From the IMG/VR virus record IMGVR_UViG_3300029393_000004: 64,000 nucleotides of DNA; one strand, 5' to 3'. Position 1 is the first letter of the stretch. Every line of letters begins with the position of its first letter. The stretch comes from a virus. This document shows positions 1-9,400 of this stretch, piece after piece. The translations under genes were made by a program, and so were the position numbers. The notes under the pieces are model-generated. The model ran no database searches. It was given only the letters and a program-made list of their open reading frames with translations, and was not told the origin of the DNA.

Positions 1-609
1 CCTCTCGGAAATCCAGTCCATCTATCGCCCCGTGACCCAGTATTCATTCTCCCCCATTGAATGGTAAATCCAGTTGAATTATCACGTGCCCATCCATTAG
101 TTCCATTAGAAACAGACCAATTAGAAGAGTTAGTTGTAACAGTGTCTTGAGTTGTAATAGAGAAAGTTGTGCCATTTCCTCTAGTGAAAGTCACGGTTCT
201 TCCGCTGACACTAACGGCTTTAATATAGTTGTCAGTAATTACCTGACCTGACCCGTCTTGTGTCGCTTTTGTAGCTGTATCTGCGGTAGTTGCCGAAACC
301 GCCTTTCCGTCGCTCGGCAAATAATCATGCGTGTGATCGGAAGCAGAAGCTCCGACATCAGCGGGAGTTAGCGTGATGTTTCCCGTTTCATCTGGCAAAC
401 ATCCGTTGATAGTTTTAACCTTCCCTGCTTCTTCGATAAGATCAGCTAAATCATCATTTCCAACAATTATTTTTGGAGCTTTTAAGAAATTTCCCTCTCC
501 ATCAATCGTGATAGATCCATTTATGGTGCCGCCAGTGCTTCCGACTGTTACTTTATTCAGTACGTTCTTAATGGCGGTTTTAATTTCTGTTTTTGTTTTC
601 TTTGGCATT
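1..609 (-). CDS. tail fiber protein, partial: N-terminal part only; the gene starts at 609 and runs off the window edge
   Basis: Manual minus-strand translation from the ATG at 609..607 gives MPKKTKTEIK...TADTATKATQDGSGQ...NGTNGW with no stop up to position 1. It carries fiber-like Thr/Asn-rich repeats. It is absent from the ORF track only because the window edge truncates it. Confidence 0.65.
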
Positions 610-908
610 TCTAATTCTTATTATTTTGTGGCAATTTAAAACTGCCTATACTTTGCCTAAACCCATTTATTGAAAAAGCTTGTACAATAACCTTCGTCTG
701 ATGATTTAGCTCTTAATCTAAAGACGATAATTTTGAAAAAGTTATTGCCCCGATTGCTAATATCGTGAACTCCCGTTAGTGAGTTGTTTCGAAACTCGGT
801 ATTGCAGTCGGGGCAATTCTTTTATAATTCTGCCCCGAAGTTTGAAAAGTCCGTCTTCAACTTATTTGAACTTCATCAGAGAAGGGAGTGAACAACCCTT
901 CTCTTTTC

Positions 909-1331
909 TTATGTCAAAGACCATTGAGTGACTAAGCGGTTATTCTTGCTACTCCAAATTCGTGCGTTGCCCCACGCTTCATCAAGATGAAAATCTGGCA
1001 GATCATCTCTACTGCCCTTCAAGACAATTTCTCCGCCCTCACCATTGTATCTGTTAACGACAATTAACTGAGTTTGCGTCTCGCCATTTAAGTACGTGGT
1101 GCCGTTAATCGTGAAGTTGGAATTTACTCTACCCGCTCCGTTTATCCAAGTTGTTCCGTTTACTGATAAATCTTTTTGGGCGACAGTCGGGCCATTAAAC
1201 CAAGCTGTTCCAACAACTGATAAATCATCGGAAATTGAAACTTGTTTAAACGAAACTACCCCCCCCACTTCAGCTTTCTTTTCGAGTGAGGTTTTGATTA
1301 AGTCGATACAGTCTTTTAAAGTCTTTGTCAT
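909..1331 (-). CDS. tail fiber-like protein (NGTT repeats); contains an in-frame G8 homopolymer
   Basis: 140-aa ORF with SVNGTTWINGAGRVNSNFTINGTTYLNGETQ repeats. The C8 run at about 1259-1266 (plus strand) encodes VGGV in frame. Confidence 0.55.
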   Translation of the reverse strand: MTKTLKDCIDLIKTSLEKKAEVGGVVSFKQVSISDDLSVVGTAWFNGPTVAQKDLSVNGTTWINGAGRVNSNFTINGTTYLNGETQTQLIVVNRYNGEGGEIVLKGSRDDLPDFHLDEAWGNARIWSSKNNRLVTQWSLT

Positions 1332-1345
1332 TTACCAAAAATTCA

Positions 1346-1797
1346 TTATGCTGTTCGTTTCCAACAGTAAGTAACTACATAGGGCGGAAGGTTGTTATGA
1401 GGTTGGTCATTGCCGAAACTCCAAACATAGCCCCATTGGGTGGTTGATCCTTCAACCGTTGATGGAGCTGGTTGTAAACTCAAACCGCTTCTTGAGGTTT
1501 CTTTCACTATGCCTGTTCGGTAATTTCCGTGATAAGAAGGCACAGCCATAAACAACTCGCCTTGGGTCTTGGGCAATTCCGCTTGAGTTAATTTATGAGT
1601 CGCTTCGCCACCCGTTTGCCCTTGTTGATAGGTATCTCCTGCGGTCAGAATGAACCTATCTTTTATTTGTACCCATGTTCCGCCGAAAATTTCACTTGGG
1701 GGGGGGTAGATACATCAGAAAAGTAATAACTACCCACTGGGTGGGCTTCTAACTTCGCTTTCTGAATCGCTTTTTCTAATAGTTGTTCTAAATTCAT
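1346..1797 (-). CDS. phage tail collar domain protein, interrupted by a frameshift at a C9 (coding-strand) homopolymer
   Basis: ATG at about 1797 directly follows the upstream stop. The N-terminal frame (MNLEQLLEKAIQKAKLEAHPVGSYYFSDVSTPP...) stops shortly after the 9-nt tract. The downstream frame (ORF 1346..1576, track start TTG) encodes the collar core: ...GTWVQIKDRFILTAGDTYQQGQTGGEATHKLTQAEL...HNNLPPY...WKRTA. A tract of 10 would fuse the two into a 151-aa protein. Confidence 0.6.
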
Positions 1798-2279
1798 TTA
1801 CGCTGTTCTTCGCCAAATGTATGCGCTTCTGTAAGGCTGTAGGTTGTTATGAGCTTGATTTCCGCCAGTGTTATCTGTGTTAATTCTGTTAGAGCCAACA
1901 ATCCATCCGTTTTGAGTGCTATTGGCGGCATAACCTGCTCGTCCTGATTTATTGTCAGGGAGCGTTACCATCGCTCCGTAAGTGTTCTTCCAACCATCGG
2001 TTCCCGAGCCGTTAATATTTTGACCGTGAAGATGTGCGGGCATTTCATTAACACTCAGTTTATGTGTCGCTTCCCCGCCCTCACTACCTACTGGATAAGT
2101 TGAGTTTGCTCCGAGTAAAACTCTACCTTCGAGTTTAACCCAAGTACTTACCCCCCCCCAAGTCCAAGAATTTCAGCAGGATTTCTATCTTCTTCGGTAA
2201 TGAAGTAACTACCTACTGGATGTGCTTTTAATACTGCAACCTGACCTGCTTTTTCAATTAACTCTTTAATCGTTGCCAT
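1798..2279 (-). CDS. phage tail collar domain protein (paralog), interrupted at a G9 (coding-strand) homopolymer
   Basis: ATG at about 2279 (MATIKELIEKAGQVAVLKAHPVGSYFITEEDRNPAEILGLGGG). The 9-G tract is followed immediately by TAA in this frame. The downstream frame holds GGEATHKLSVNEMPAHLHG...HNNLQPY...WRRTA (ORF 1798..2043). A 10-G tract would give a 161-aa collar protein. Confidence 0.6.
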
Positions 2280-2783
2280 TTAGCTACCTGCTTCTGTTTC
2301 GGTTTCGGCACCAGTTTCTTCGCCTAAAGCAGATTCAAGACTTGCGTAAGCCTCGTCAATCTGAGTCTGGAAGTCGTTCTTAGTCAAGTAAGTAGAAGTT
2401 GCTTCTGTCTTCTTCACATAGTTAGCTTCAACATCTGCTTTAAAAGCCTCGAACGCTGTTTTTAGCGCTTGAAATTCACTTTCATCAGCTTTCGTTTGAA
2501 GAACAACCTCATTAACCTCATCAAACGCTTCTACAATCGCTTCACCGAGTTCGATGATGTCGTTATCAAGACTCTCAAGAATATCAACCCAAACACCCTG
2601 TCTGCGCTGAAATAAGCGCTGTAGGTCTGATCTGAAGCAAAGCATTCCCTCTTTCAGATTTTCAGTGGGAAATACAATGCCAGCGCTACACGTAATGCTC
2701 GCTTCGTCATTGTGCAAAATTAACGGCAACGAGTCTTTTAACGGTGTCGTTAATTGAATTTCTTTATAACCTTGTGCCGCCAT
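2280..2783 (-). CDS. hypothetical acidic protein in the tail fiber module (possible fiber assembly protein)
   Basis: 167-aa ORF, translationally coupled to neighbouring genes. Confidence 0.4.
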   Translation of the reverse strand: MAAQGYKEIQLTTPLKDSLPLILHNDEASITCSAGIVFPTENLKEGMLCFRSDLQRLFQRRQGVWVDILESLDNDIIELGEAIVEAFDEVNEVVLQTKADESEFQALKTAFEAFKADVEANYVKKTEATSTYLTKNDFQTQIDEAYASLESALGEETGAETETEAGS

Positions 2784-3633
2784 TTTCTACCTGTACTTTC
2801 TTGGGCCTGCCACGTTTTATATAGGTATTTGCCCACTTAACTTTTGCCCAAACGCCCTCATGGTTTTCGGAATAGTAATAAGTAGAAGAGCCGTTAATTG
2901 AGCCGTTCTGAAGATATTTTTCCCACGCTTCAATCTTGTAAAACTCAATGGGAGACAATTCGCTCAAAAGTTTTAATTCTTTCTTGTTTGCGAAAATGCA
3001 TGGCGTGCATCCAACACGAGCAAATCCCATTGCATACAGCGGATTGGCTTTAATTCCGCTATCTTCAATCTTTCTAAAAACATCTTCGACCGTCCAACTT
3101 AAAATCGGTCTCACATCCCAAGCTTGAGCACCCGTTTTTTTATTTTCGAGTCTCAACTCTCTTTCGGGATATTTTGCACGTTTTATAGATTCATCGGCTC
3201 TGACACCCGTCCAAACTTCTACAGATTCTCCATTTTCAAGAAACTGAGCAATAAAGTCATTTGCGGGTTTTTGTTTTAATTCTTTTGTACAAAATCTACT
3301 AGTAAAGCCAGGAAATCTACCGTTGACCAAGCAAAGGTCTAAAAATGCACTACCTGTCGGTCGGATGTGTTTTGCGATTTCAGGATGGTCTTTGAGTCTT
3401 TCCGCTTTTCTTTTCAGCTTTTCCGTACTGTCTAATTTCAGTCTTACGATTTTTGAAAAACCTTTTGATTGAAAATAGTCATCAAGGTATTCCAAGTATT
3501 CATAAGTTTTGTAGTGCTCGTTACCTGTATCGCAGAAAATGAAGATTACATTCTCGGGTCTATTCTGCTCCATTGCAAGCAGAGCAACGGCCGTGCTGTC
3601 TTTTCCGCCAGATACTGATATTATTTTTCTCAT
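2764..3633 (-). CDS. PAPS reductase family PP-loop protein (phosphoadenosine phosphosulfate reductase / DndC-like)
   Basis: SVSGGKDS PP-loop near the N-terminus. FCDTGNEHYKTYEYL resembles the CysH DTG...ETY region. 289 aa. Confidence 0.7.
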   Translation of the reverse strand: MRKIISVSGGKDSTAVALLAMEQNRPENVIFIFCDTGNEHYKTYEYLEYLDDYFQSKGFSKIVRLKLDSTEKLKRKAERLKDHPEIAKHIRPTGSAFLDLCLVNGRFPGFTSRFCTKELKQKPANDFIAQFLENGESVEVWTGVRADESIKRAKYPERELRLENKKTGAQAWDVRPILSWTVEDVFRKIEDSGIKANPLYAMGFARVGCTPCIFANKKELKLLSELSPIEFYKIEAWEKYLQNGSINGSSTYYYSENHEGVWAKVKWANTYIKRGRPKKVQVENGGTRL

Positions 3634-4665
3634 TTAGTATCCCGCCGCCGTCCAAGTGAACGTGCCTGTAGTTTTGTTTCCTTCAACGTCGTAGAGCATC
3701 ACGGTAAAGCCAGTTGTGCTGACATTACTTACAATCGGACGAATGGCTTCTAAAGCATTTCCGCCACGCATTGTTACCGTCACTTCGGGAGCAACGCTGA
3801 ATTCTCTTGAGAAGTGAACGGTTGCGCCGTAATTCTTATCCGTAACGCTTGTAGAGCCTCGGTCATAAACGTCATCAACGTCAATAGCCACATCAATTTG
3901 CTCAACTAATGCTCGGTCAGCCGTTGTAGCCTCTAAAGCCAATCTGAAGAGCGCTTTCTGATATTCGTAGTCACCAGTGATGAATTCCCTAAATGTCGTA
4001 TATCCGACATGACGACCGCCGTTGCGCATGAACTTATCCAGACTTTCTTTCGTCCAAATCCCTTCTTGAAAGAACAAATCGGAAATAACACCTCGGGCTA
4101 CTTCCTTAATCGCATCATAGAAATTGAGTGACTGTGATTTAAATACGCCAATCTCTTTCTCGACCGTTGTCTCTGCAACCGTGTAGTTCTCTGAGTGATT
4201 TCTAATCCAAGCGATCTGTCGATCACATTGATCGAGCAGTTGCAATGCCTCAAAGACCATGTGCTCCGCATCTTTTGCCAAATGTTCAGCAAAAAAGATT
4301 TTATCTTCGACATTTTTATTTATGTCTTTCTCAGTTTTCGTCTCTTCAACGACAAAAAGCTCCTCAAACTCTTTTACTAGAACTAAAAGAGTATTCAGAG
4401 TGTATTCAAACTCGATTGCTTCGCTAAACGGAACATGAATTTGTGCTGATTTGGCTTCTAAGAAAGTCAGCAGTTCTTTGAGATTGCTTTCAATGTCAAA
4501 ACGAAACGTTTTGCTTACCGCAAGGGCTTCATCTATTGATGCAGTGTAGTTTGTGGGATGATGCCAGAGCCAGTCTCGCTGATCATCCCAAGTCCCTAAG
4601 CCCGAATTTTCGCTAATCCATGTTCTGTATCTTGTCGAAGCAGGAGATACAACAATGGTTGTCAT
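3634..4665 (-). CDS. tail fiber / receptor-binding protein with a C-terminal H-type lectin domain
   Basis: The C-terminal ~65 aa (TVHFSREFSVAPEVTVTMRGG...SNVSTTGFTVMLYDVEG...TFTWTAAGY) matches the H-type lectin pattern (F..F...P.V......sNVt..GF.v......W.A.G). Confidence 0.55.
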   Translation of the reverse strand: MTTIVVSPASTRYRTWISENSGLGTWDDQRDWLWHHPTNYTASIDEALAVSKTFRFDIESNLKELLTFLEAKSAQIHVPFSEAIEFEYTLNTLLVLVKEFEELFVVEETKTEKDINKNVEDKIFFAEHLAKDAEHMVFEALQLLDQCDRQIAWIRNHSENYTVAETTVEKEIGVFKSQSLNFYDAIKEVARGVISDLFFQEGIWTKESLDKFMRNGGRHVGYTTFREFITGDYEYQKALFRLALEATTADRALVEQIDVAIDVDDVYDRGSTSVTDKNYGATVHFSREFSVAPEVTVTMRGGNALEAIRPIVSNVSTTGFTVMLYDVEGNKTTGTFTWTAAGY

Positions 4666-5126
4666 TAGCTAGACGGCTGAGACATTGTGAAAGTAAATGT
4701 CATCTTAAGGGTATCGTCATCGCCCTTATTGATAACTGGGAACACAACTCGGTCAATCAAAATGCCGTCAGTTTCCGCATTCTGCACACTTGCTTCGGTC
4801 AATGCGCCTGTGGCTTCGCCCTTGTTGAATGTCGTCTCAAAAGTAAATGTCTTTGTGCCAGCAGTATGAGCGTATGTGGCTGCTTTCGCCATTAACTGAG
4901 TTTGAAGAGCTGTCTGATCAACAGAAACGGCAGTAGTGCTTGTACCTACAGCGATGTAGCTCATAACAGCAGGACGAGCAGAAGCGTTACCAATAGCGTC
5001 GGCAACGAAATCGAAACCGACATCAAGAATGGCATTGTGCTTATGAACAACTTCGTAGGAACCGTCTGCTTTGTGAAGTTCGGCTGTAAGAGAGCCTACT
5101 AATTTGAAGGTGTCAGATTTAATCAT
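4665..5126 (-). CDS. hypothetical tail-associated protein
   Basis: 153-aa ORF, start-stop coupled to gpJ and the lectin protein. Confidence 0.4.
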   Translation of the reverse strand: MIKSDTFKLVGSLTAELHKADGSYEVVHKHNAILDVGFDFVADAIGNASARPAVMSYIAVGTSTTAVSVDQTALQTQLMAKAATYAHTAGTKTFTFETTFNKGEATGALTEASVQNAETDGILIDRVVFPVINKGDDDTLKMTFTFTMSQPSS

Positions 5127-5189
5127 TTTTATTATTATTTTTCAACTTGAAAAGTCTAGCAAAATTTTGCCATATTGTCAAGTGGTTAA

Positions 5190-8100
5190 TTAAGCATTCC
5201 CCACTGACAATAGTTTTATTTGACCCTGCGGAAATGCGGGGGTCGTTTTGAACTCAACCTGCTTGCCAAGAATGCCGTAACCAAAGCCGCGAGTGACGTT
5301 TGTTTGATAGAACGCAATACAGAAGTAATCATCTGCAAGAAACTCAGTTTCAAAAGAGATGTCTTTCCCGTCACTGCAAGCAAGATTTAATGTCTTTTCT
5401 TCCGTGTTGTAGTAAATCTTGTACCAGCCAGCGCCGTCTTGAGTCTGCATTATCAGAATCTCAGCACACTTATTCCGCCCCTGATCTTTTGCCTTAAACC
5501 AAAAACTGAATTTAAAGTGCTCTGGCACATCAACTAACTGCCACTTAGCGCTTGTGATCAAATTCATGGTCATTCCAAGAGCATATCGGGCAGGTTCATA
5601 ATGCGCTTGAGCTGATATTGCCTGCTTGCCCGAAAGCGTATCAGTTGTGTTTTCAAGTGACATTCCCTCAATGTCTGAAGAGCCTAAACCGTACTCAAGA
5701 GCAATCTGCTTATAAGCAACGATACCGTCTTGGTCTCCTTCTAAGTTCCAAGCTCGCTCTGCGCCAGGAGCTTCAAAGTCGCACGTTAAATCTTCCCAAG
5801 TGGTTGTATCTTCACCTGTGCAAGCAATCGTTGTGACAGAGGTTGAGAAGGAGTTATGCGCATAATGCTTCTTGAAGAGATCAACAGGGATGATGTACTC
5901 CGAACGCTTTCTATCATCATCCATGACAAGATCGTCACCTCGATCAGACATATACACTCGGTGATTAGAGAAGCCTAATCCACGTTCGTGCATTTCGATG
6001 ATGATGTTCTTATCTTTGTCGTTGGTTACACCGATTTCATACCAGTCAGCAGACTCAGAATAAATTCCAGGCATACAGACTGCTTTAATCCAGAATTTTC
6101 TTCTTGTCTGTGCGCCAACCGGAATAGTCGCATGATTGAGTTTTGACTGACAAACAAGCGTAGAAGCCGTCCAGTTAATACCTTCTCGGATTTCATAGAA
6201 AGTAATATCTGTTTCGGGGTTACTATCCCACTTCAGCTCAAGACGCTCATTAGAACGTACAACTTGGAAGTTCTCAGGTGTAATCGGAGCGTGAAGATCA
6301 AGTCTTGTCGTTGTAACGTGCTTAGAGAGACTGCCGTCAGAGTTAATCGCCCGAATATGGTAGTAATAAATGCCCGCTTTATCCTGATAGTGAACAAACG
6401 AGTTACCTGCAAAGTTCGTAATAATCGCTTCGCCAGCGTCCCAAGAATCACCAATTCTGATTTCATAACCGAGCGCGCCTTCAACGGGTGTCCAGTCAAG
6501 CTGTAAGTAAGTTGAGCGCTTAGTAATCGTGAAGTCTTGAATATCGTCAGGAGACGGTAAAGAATCTTCTGCGTCATAATAGGTCTCTAGCTCAGTAGAA
6601 AGTGTACCAAGTACGCCCTTGGCGTAAATCTTGATGTGATAAAGGCCATTCTGTGCGTTAGAGATCGTGTAGTAAGGAGAATTAACTTCAACAGAAGTCC
6701 ATTCGTCTCCGTTGCCGTCCTTGTCTTCCGTTCGATACTCGACAACCCAAGAAGCATTGTTCTTACCAGCCGTCCAAGAAAGCTCAAGATTACCTGTTCT
6801 AATACCTGTAGCGGACTTAGAGATGGAAACCGAGATATTGAGGTTATTGGGTTTGCCAACATCATACGGGTCAATTTCTGAAGTATTGGGAAGCTGAATT
6901 TCCCAACCCTTTTCAATCAGATCATATTTGCCTTTGTTGTAGCTAATACAATCAATATTGAAAGTGCCCTTATCTTCGCCCTGAGCAATGTTTACAACAC
7001 GTGCAATCTGAGGTACGAGATTTTCTTCTTCGATAATCCAAATTGCATAGTCAACGGGAAGCTCGGGCAAAGGTTCGTCCCAAAAGACCTCGGCTCTTGG
7101 CTCATCATCAGAGATTTTCAGTGTTCTCGTGACGAATGTGTTGTCAGGCATCCGAATTGAAATTTTCGGATTGGCTTCACTCTTTAACTGCGTTACTGCG
7201 TCAAGAACGGCTGAAGTAGTTGTGTAAGACTTTAAGCGTCCGCCAAGTCTTCTGCCTGCATGATAGGGGTCGTGAATCTTAATAATGTCGCCTGGAAGCA
7301 CTAAAGCGGCATCCAAACCGACGGTAAACGAGATCATGTCGGATTCATACTGCTCAGTGTAGAGAATCCACTTGCCAGCACGAATTGCTTGAGCACGAGA
7401 AGTACAGCCGAAAAGTGTTAACTCAGACTGTCTAACGCCCCATTTTTCAATAAGCTCTCGGTCTTCAACGTACTCTACAACCTGCTTGTAGTTTTGATCA
7501 GGGTCGTTCCAAGTGATTAAAGCAACTGAGTGATGCTCGTTTCTGGAAGAGCCTGCGTAACGAAACTCTCCGTTGACAACATTGGCTTGAGTGAAAAGAA
7601 CCGACGGCTCAGTGGGTTTGTCGCACGTGAAGTTGGCCTGACCCATTGCCCAATAGGTCATACCTCTGAAAACAGAAGTAATGGAGTTGATTAACTCATA
7701 GGCTTCAGAACGCTCGGTAACCTGAGTGTTAATTGAGAACCGTTTTTCTTTCTTACCTAAGCCGTCATCAACTAATTCATCACAATAACGACCGATCTCA
7801 TAGAGCTTGGATTTATTGATCTGTTCAGGCTTAATGAATTCGCCCAAACCCCAACGGGTATTAGTCAGCAAACCATAGAGAATCCAAGCGGGATTGTCAG
7901 TAACCTCCATCTTGAAGGTGCCGTCCCAAATTCCGTTATAAGTATTGGTCTTTTTGTCATAGTTGCTCGGAACTTGCAGAATCAAGCCGTCAACAATGTA
8001 CGAACGAGTCGGAATTGAAGAAAGGTTCTCGGCCGTTGCAGAGATACCAATAATCGCTGAGTTTGGATAATTCAACTTCGTTTCTGAAATCAGAAACATC

Positions 8101-8732
8101 GTTGTGAAACTCAGTGCGGCCACGTAGTCGTCATCCGCTTCGGGAGATAACTTTGTCAGACGAATTAACCAGCGCTCGGGCGCTTTGCCCTTAGAGTCCC
8201 GCTGAGGGAGGTTAAACGTGTAGCTTCTTTGATACTGAGAAGAAGTTTTGCCTTCAACTTTTTGCGTGCCGTAATCAACAAAGTCATCGTTATTGATGGC
8301 AATTTCAAATTTAAACTCAATAGAGGTCTTTTTTAAGCCATTATCGACTCTGTAGAGATAAGGAATGGTGATACCGCAACGAACTTTGTCAGCGATTGTC
8401 TCTGTAATTGATCGAACAACGGGGAAGCCGTTTTTAACTTCCGCCCCGACCTCAATGGGGATAACGGTATTCTCGTATCCCTGCATCATGTCTTGATAAG
8501 GCGTGCCTCTAGCTTCTTTTACATAAACATTGTCATAGTTAAAAGAGCCTGTTTGGTTCTGAAGAGGTACGTCATCAAAATAAATGGACTTTGCGCCGTC
8601 AACAAGACCTCCGATCTGACCTTCGGAGATTAAGTCCAAGACTTGAAGCGAGGCAATCGAGAAAAGAGTGTTCTTGTCGTTTGACTGTTTGCTACCTTTA
8701 CTACCACCAGCACCAGCTACATAATTTTTCAT
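5190..8732 (-). CDS. J: host specificity / central tail fiber protein, lambda gpJ family, with FN3 repeats
   Basis: 1180 aa. The N-terminus (MKNYVAGAGGSKGSKQ...LFSIASLQVLDLISEGQIGGLVDG) is gpJ-like. Several fibronectin-III-like repeats are present. It is positioned after the I/K/L/M genes. Confidence 0.85.
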   Translation of the reverse strand: MKNYVAGAGGSKGSKQSNDKNTLFSIASLQVLDLISEGQIGGLVDGAKSIYFDDVPLQNQTGSFNYDNVYVKEARGTPYQDMMQGYENTVIPIEVGAEVKNGFPVVRSITETIADKVRCGITIPYLYRVDNGLKKTSIEFKFEIAINNDDFVDYGTQKVEGKTSSQYQRSYTFNLPQRDSKGKAPERWLIRLTKLSPEADDDYVAALSFTTMFLISETKLNYPNSAIIGISATAENLSSIPTRSYIVDGLILQVPSNYDKKTNTYNGIWDGTFKMEVTDNPAWILYGLLTNTRWGLGEFIKPEQINKSKLYEIGRYCDELVDDGLGKKEKRFSINTQVTERSEAYELINSITSVFRGMTYWAMGQANFTCDKPTEPSVLFTQANVVNGEFRYAGSSRNEHHSVALITWNDPDQNYKQVVEYVEDRELIEKWGVRQSELTLFGCTSRAQAIRAGKWILYTEQYESDMISFTVGLDAALVLPGDIIKIHDPYHAGRRLGGRLKSYTTTSAVLDAVTQLKSEANPKISIRMPDNTFVTRTLKISDDEPRAEVFWDEPLPELPVDYAIWIIEEENLVPQIARVVNIAQGEDKGTFNIDCISYNKGKYDLIEKGWEIQLPNTSEIDPYDVGKPNNLNISVSISKSATGIRTGNLELSWTAGKNNASWVVEYRTEDKDGNGDEWTSVEVNSPYYTISNAQNGLYHIKIYAKGVLGTLSTELETYYDAEDSLPSPDDIQDFTITKRSTYLQLDWTPVEGALGYEIRIGDSWDAGEAIITNFAGNSFVHYQDKAGIYYYHIRAINSDGSLSKHVTTTRLDLHAPITPENFQVVRSNERLELKWDSNPETDITFYEIREGINWTASTLVCQSKLNHATIPVGAQTRRKFWIKAVCMPGIYSESADWYEIGVTNDKDKNIIIEMHERGLGFSNHRVYMSDRGDDLVMDDDRKRSEYIIPVDLFKKHYAHNSFSTSVTTIACTGEDTTTWEDLTCDFEAPGAERAWNLEGDQDGIVAYKQIALEYGLGSSDIEGMSLENTTDTLSGKQAISAQAHYEPARYALGMTMNLITSAKWQLVDVPEHFKFSFWFKAKDQGRNKCAEILIMQTQDGAGWYKIYYNTEEKTLNLACSDGKDISFETEFLADDYFCIAFYQTNVTRGFGYGILGKQVEFKTTPAFPQGQIKLLSVGNA

Positions 8733-9400
8733 TGAACGCCTTTTCTGTCTTTAACCACTTCAACAATTCCAGGCTTGCCTGTCGGAGTAACGCTTTGATC
8801 TGAGACGTTAATAGAGGAGCTGATAACGGCTGAACCAACTTTACAGCGACCGAAAATCAAAGGAACTGGCACGCCCTGTCGAGTTGTGTTTTGAGCGCCG
8901 TTAAAGTAGTAGGAAGTTTGGTCGTCATCACTGCTACTATTTCCTCTTACTCTTCCCATAATCGCTGTAACGACTGTACTGAGTAAAAGTCCAGCACCAG
9001 CCACAATCATGCTTTGGCCAAACAATGAAATTCCTGGCCCAACACCCCAAGCTCCGCCGCCAGCCCACCAACAAAGCGCGCCAACTACAACCATAACTGC
9101 GCCAACAATAGCGCCCATAAATTTACCTGCGCCGTAAACTGTCGGCACAAAATGAATTTCTTGAGCCTCTTTGTGCATGAGCATTGTCTTTTCGTCCAAT
9201 GCTTCAATTCTTCCGTCTGCATACTTGCAGATAATCATGCACTTTTCATAGCGCTTCAGATTGTCTCTAATCCATTGACCAAATCTTGGAATATTTGCTT
9301 GAATGAGTTGAAATGCTTCGGCAGGAGTATGAATGTCTAACGTCCACTCTCTACCGAAGTTTCTGCCCATTGCTCCCTCAAGATAGATTTTCGTTAACAT
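8729..9400 (-). CDS. I: tail assembly protein, lambda gpI family
   Basis: Start most likely at the internal M (MLTKIYLEGAMGRNFGREW...) with GGAG upstream, giving 223 aa. A hydrophobic C-terminal region is present. The longer track ORF 8729..9520 overlaps gpK. Confidence 0.65.
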   Translation of the reverse strand: MLTKIYLEGAMGRNFGREWTLDIHTPAEAFQLIQANIPRFGQWIRDNLKRYEKCMIICKYADGRIEALDEKTMLMHKEAQEIHFVPTVYGAGKFMGAIVGAVMVVVGALCWWAGGGAWGVGPGISLFGQSMIVAGAGLLLSTVVTAIMGRVRGNSSSDDDQTSYYFNGAQNTTRQGVPVPLIFGRCKVGSAVISSSINVSDQSVTPTGKPGIVEVVKDRKGVQ

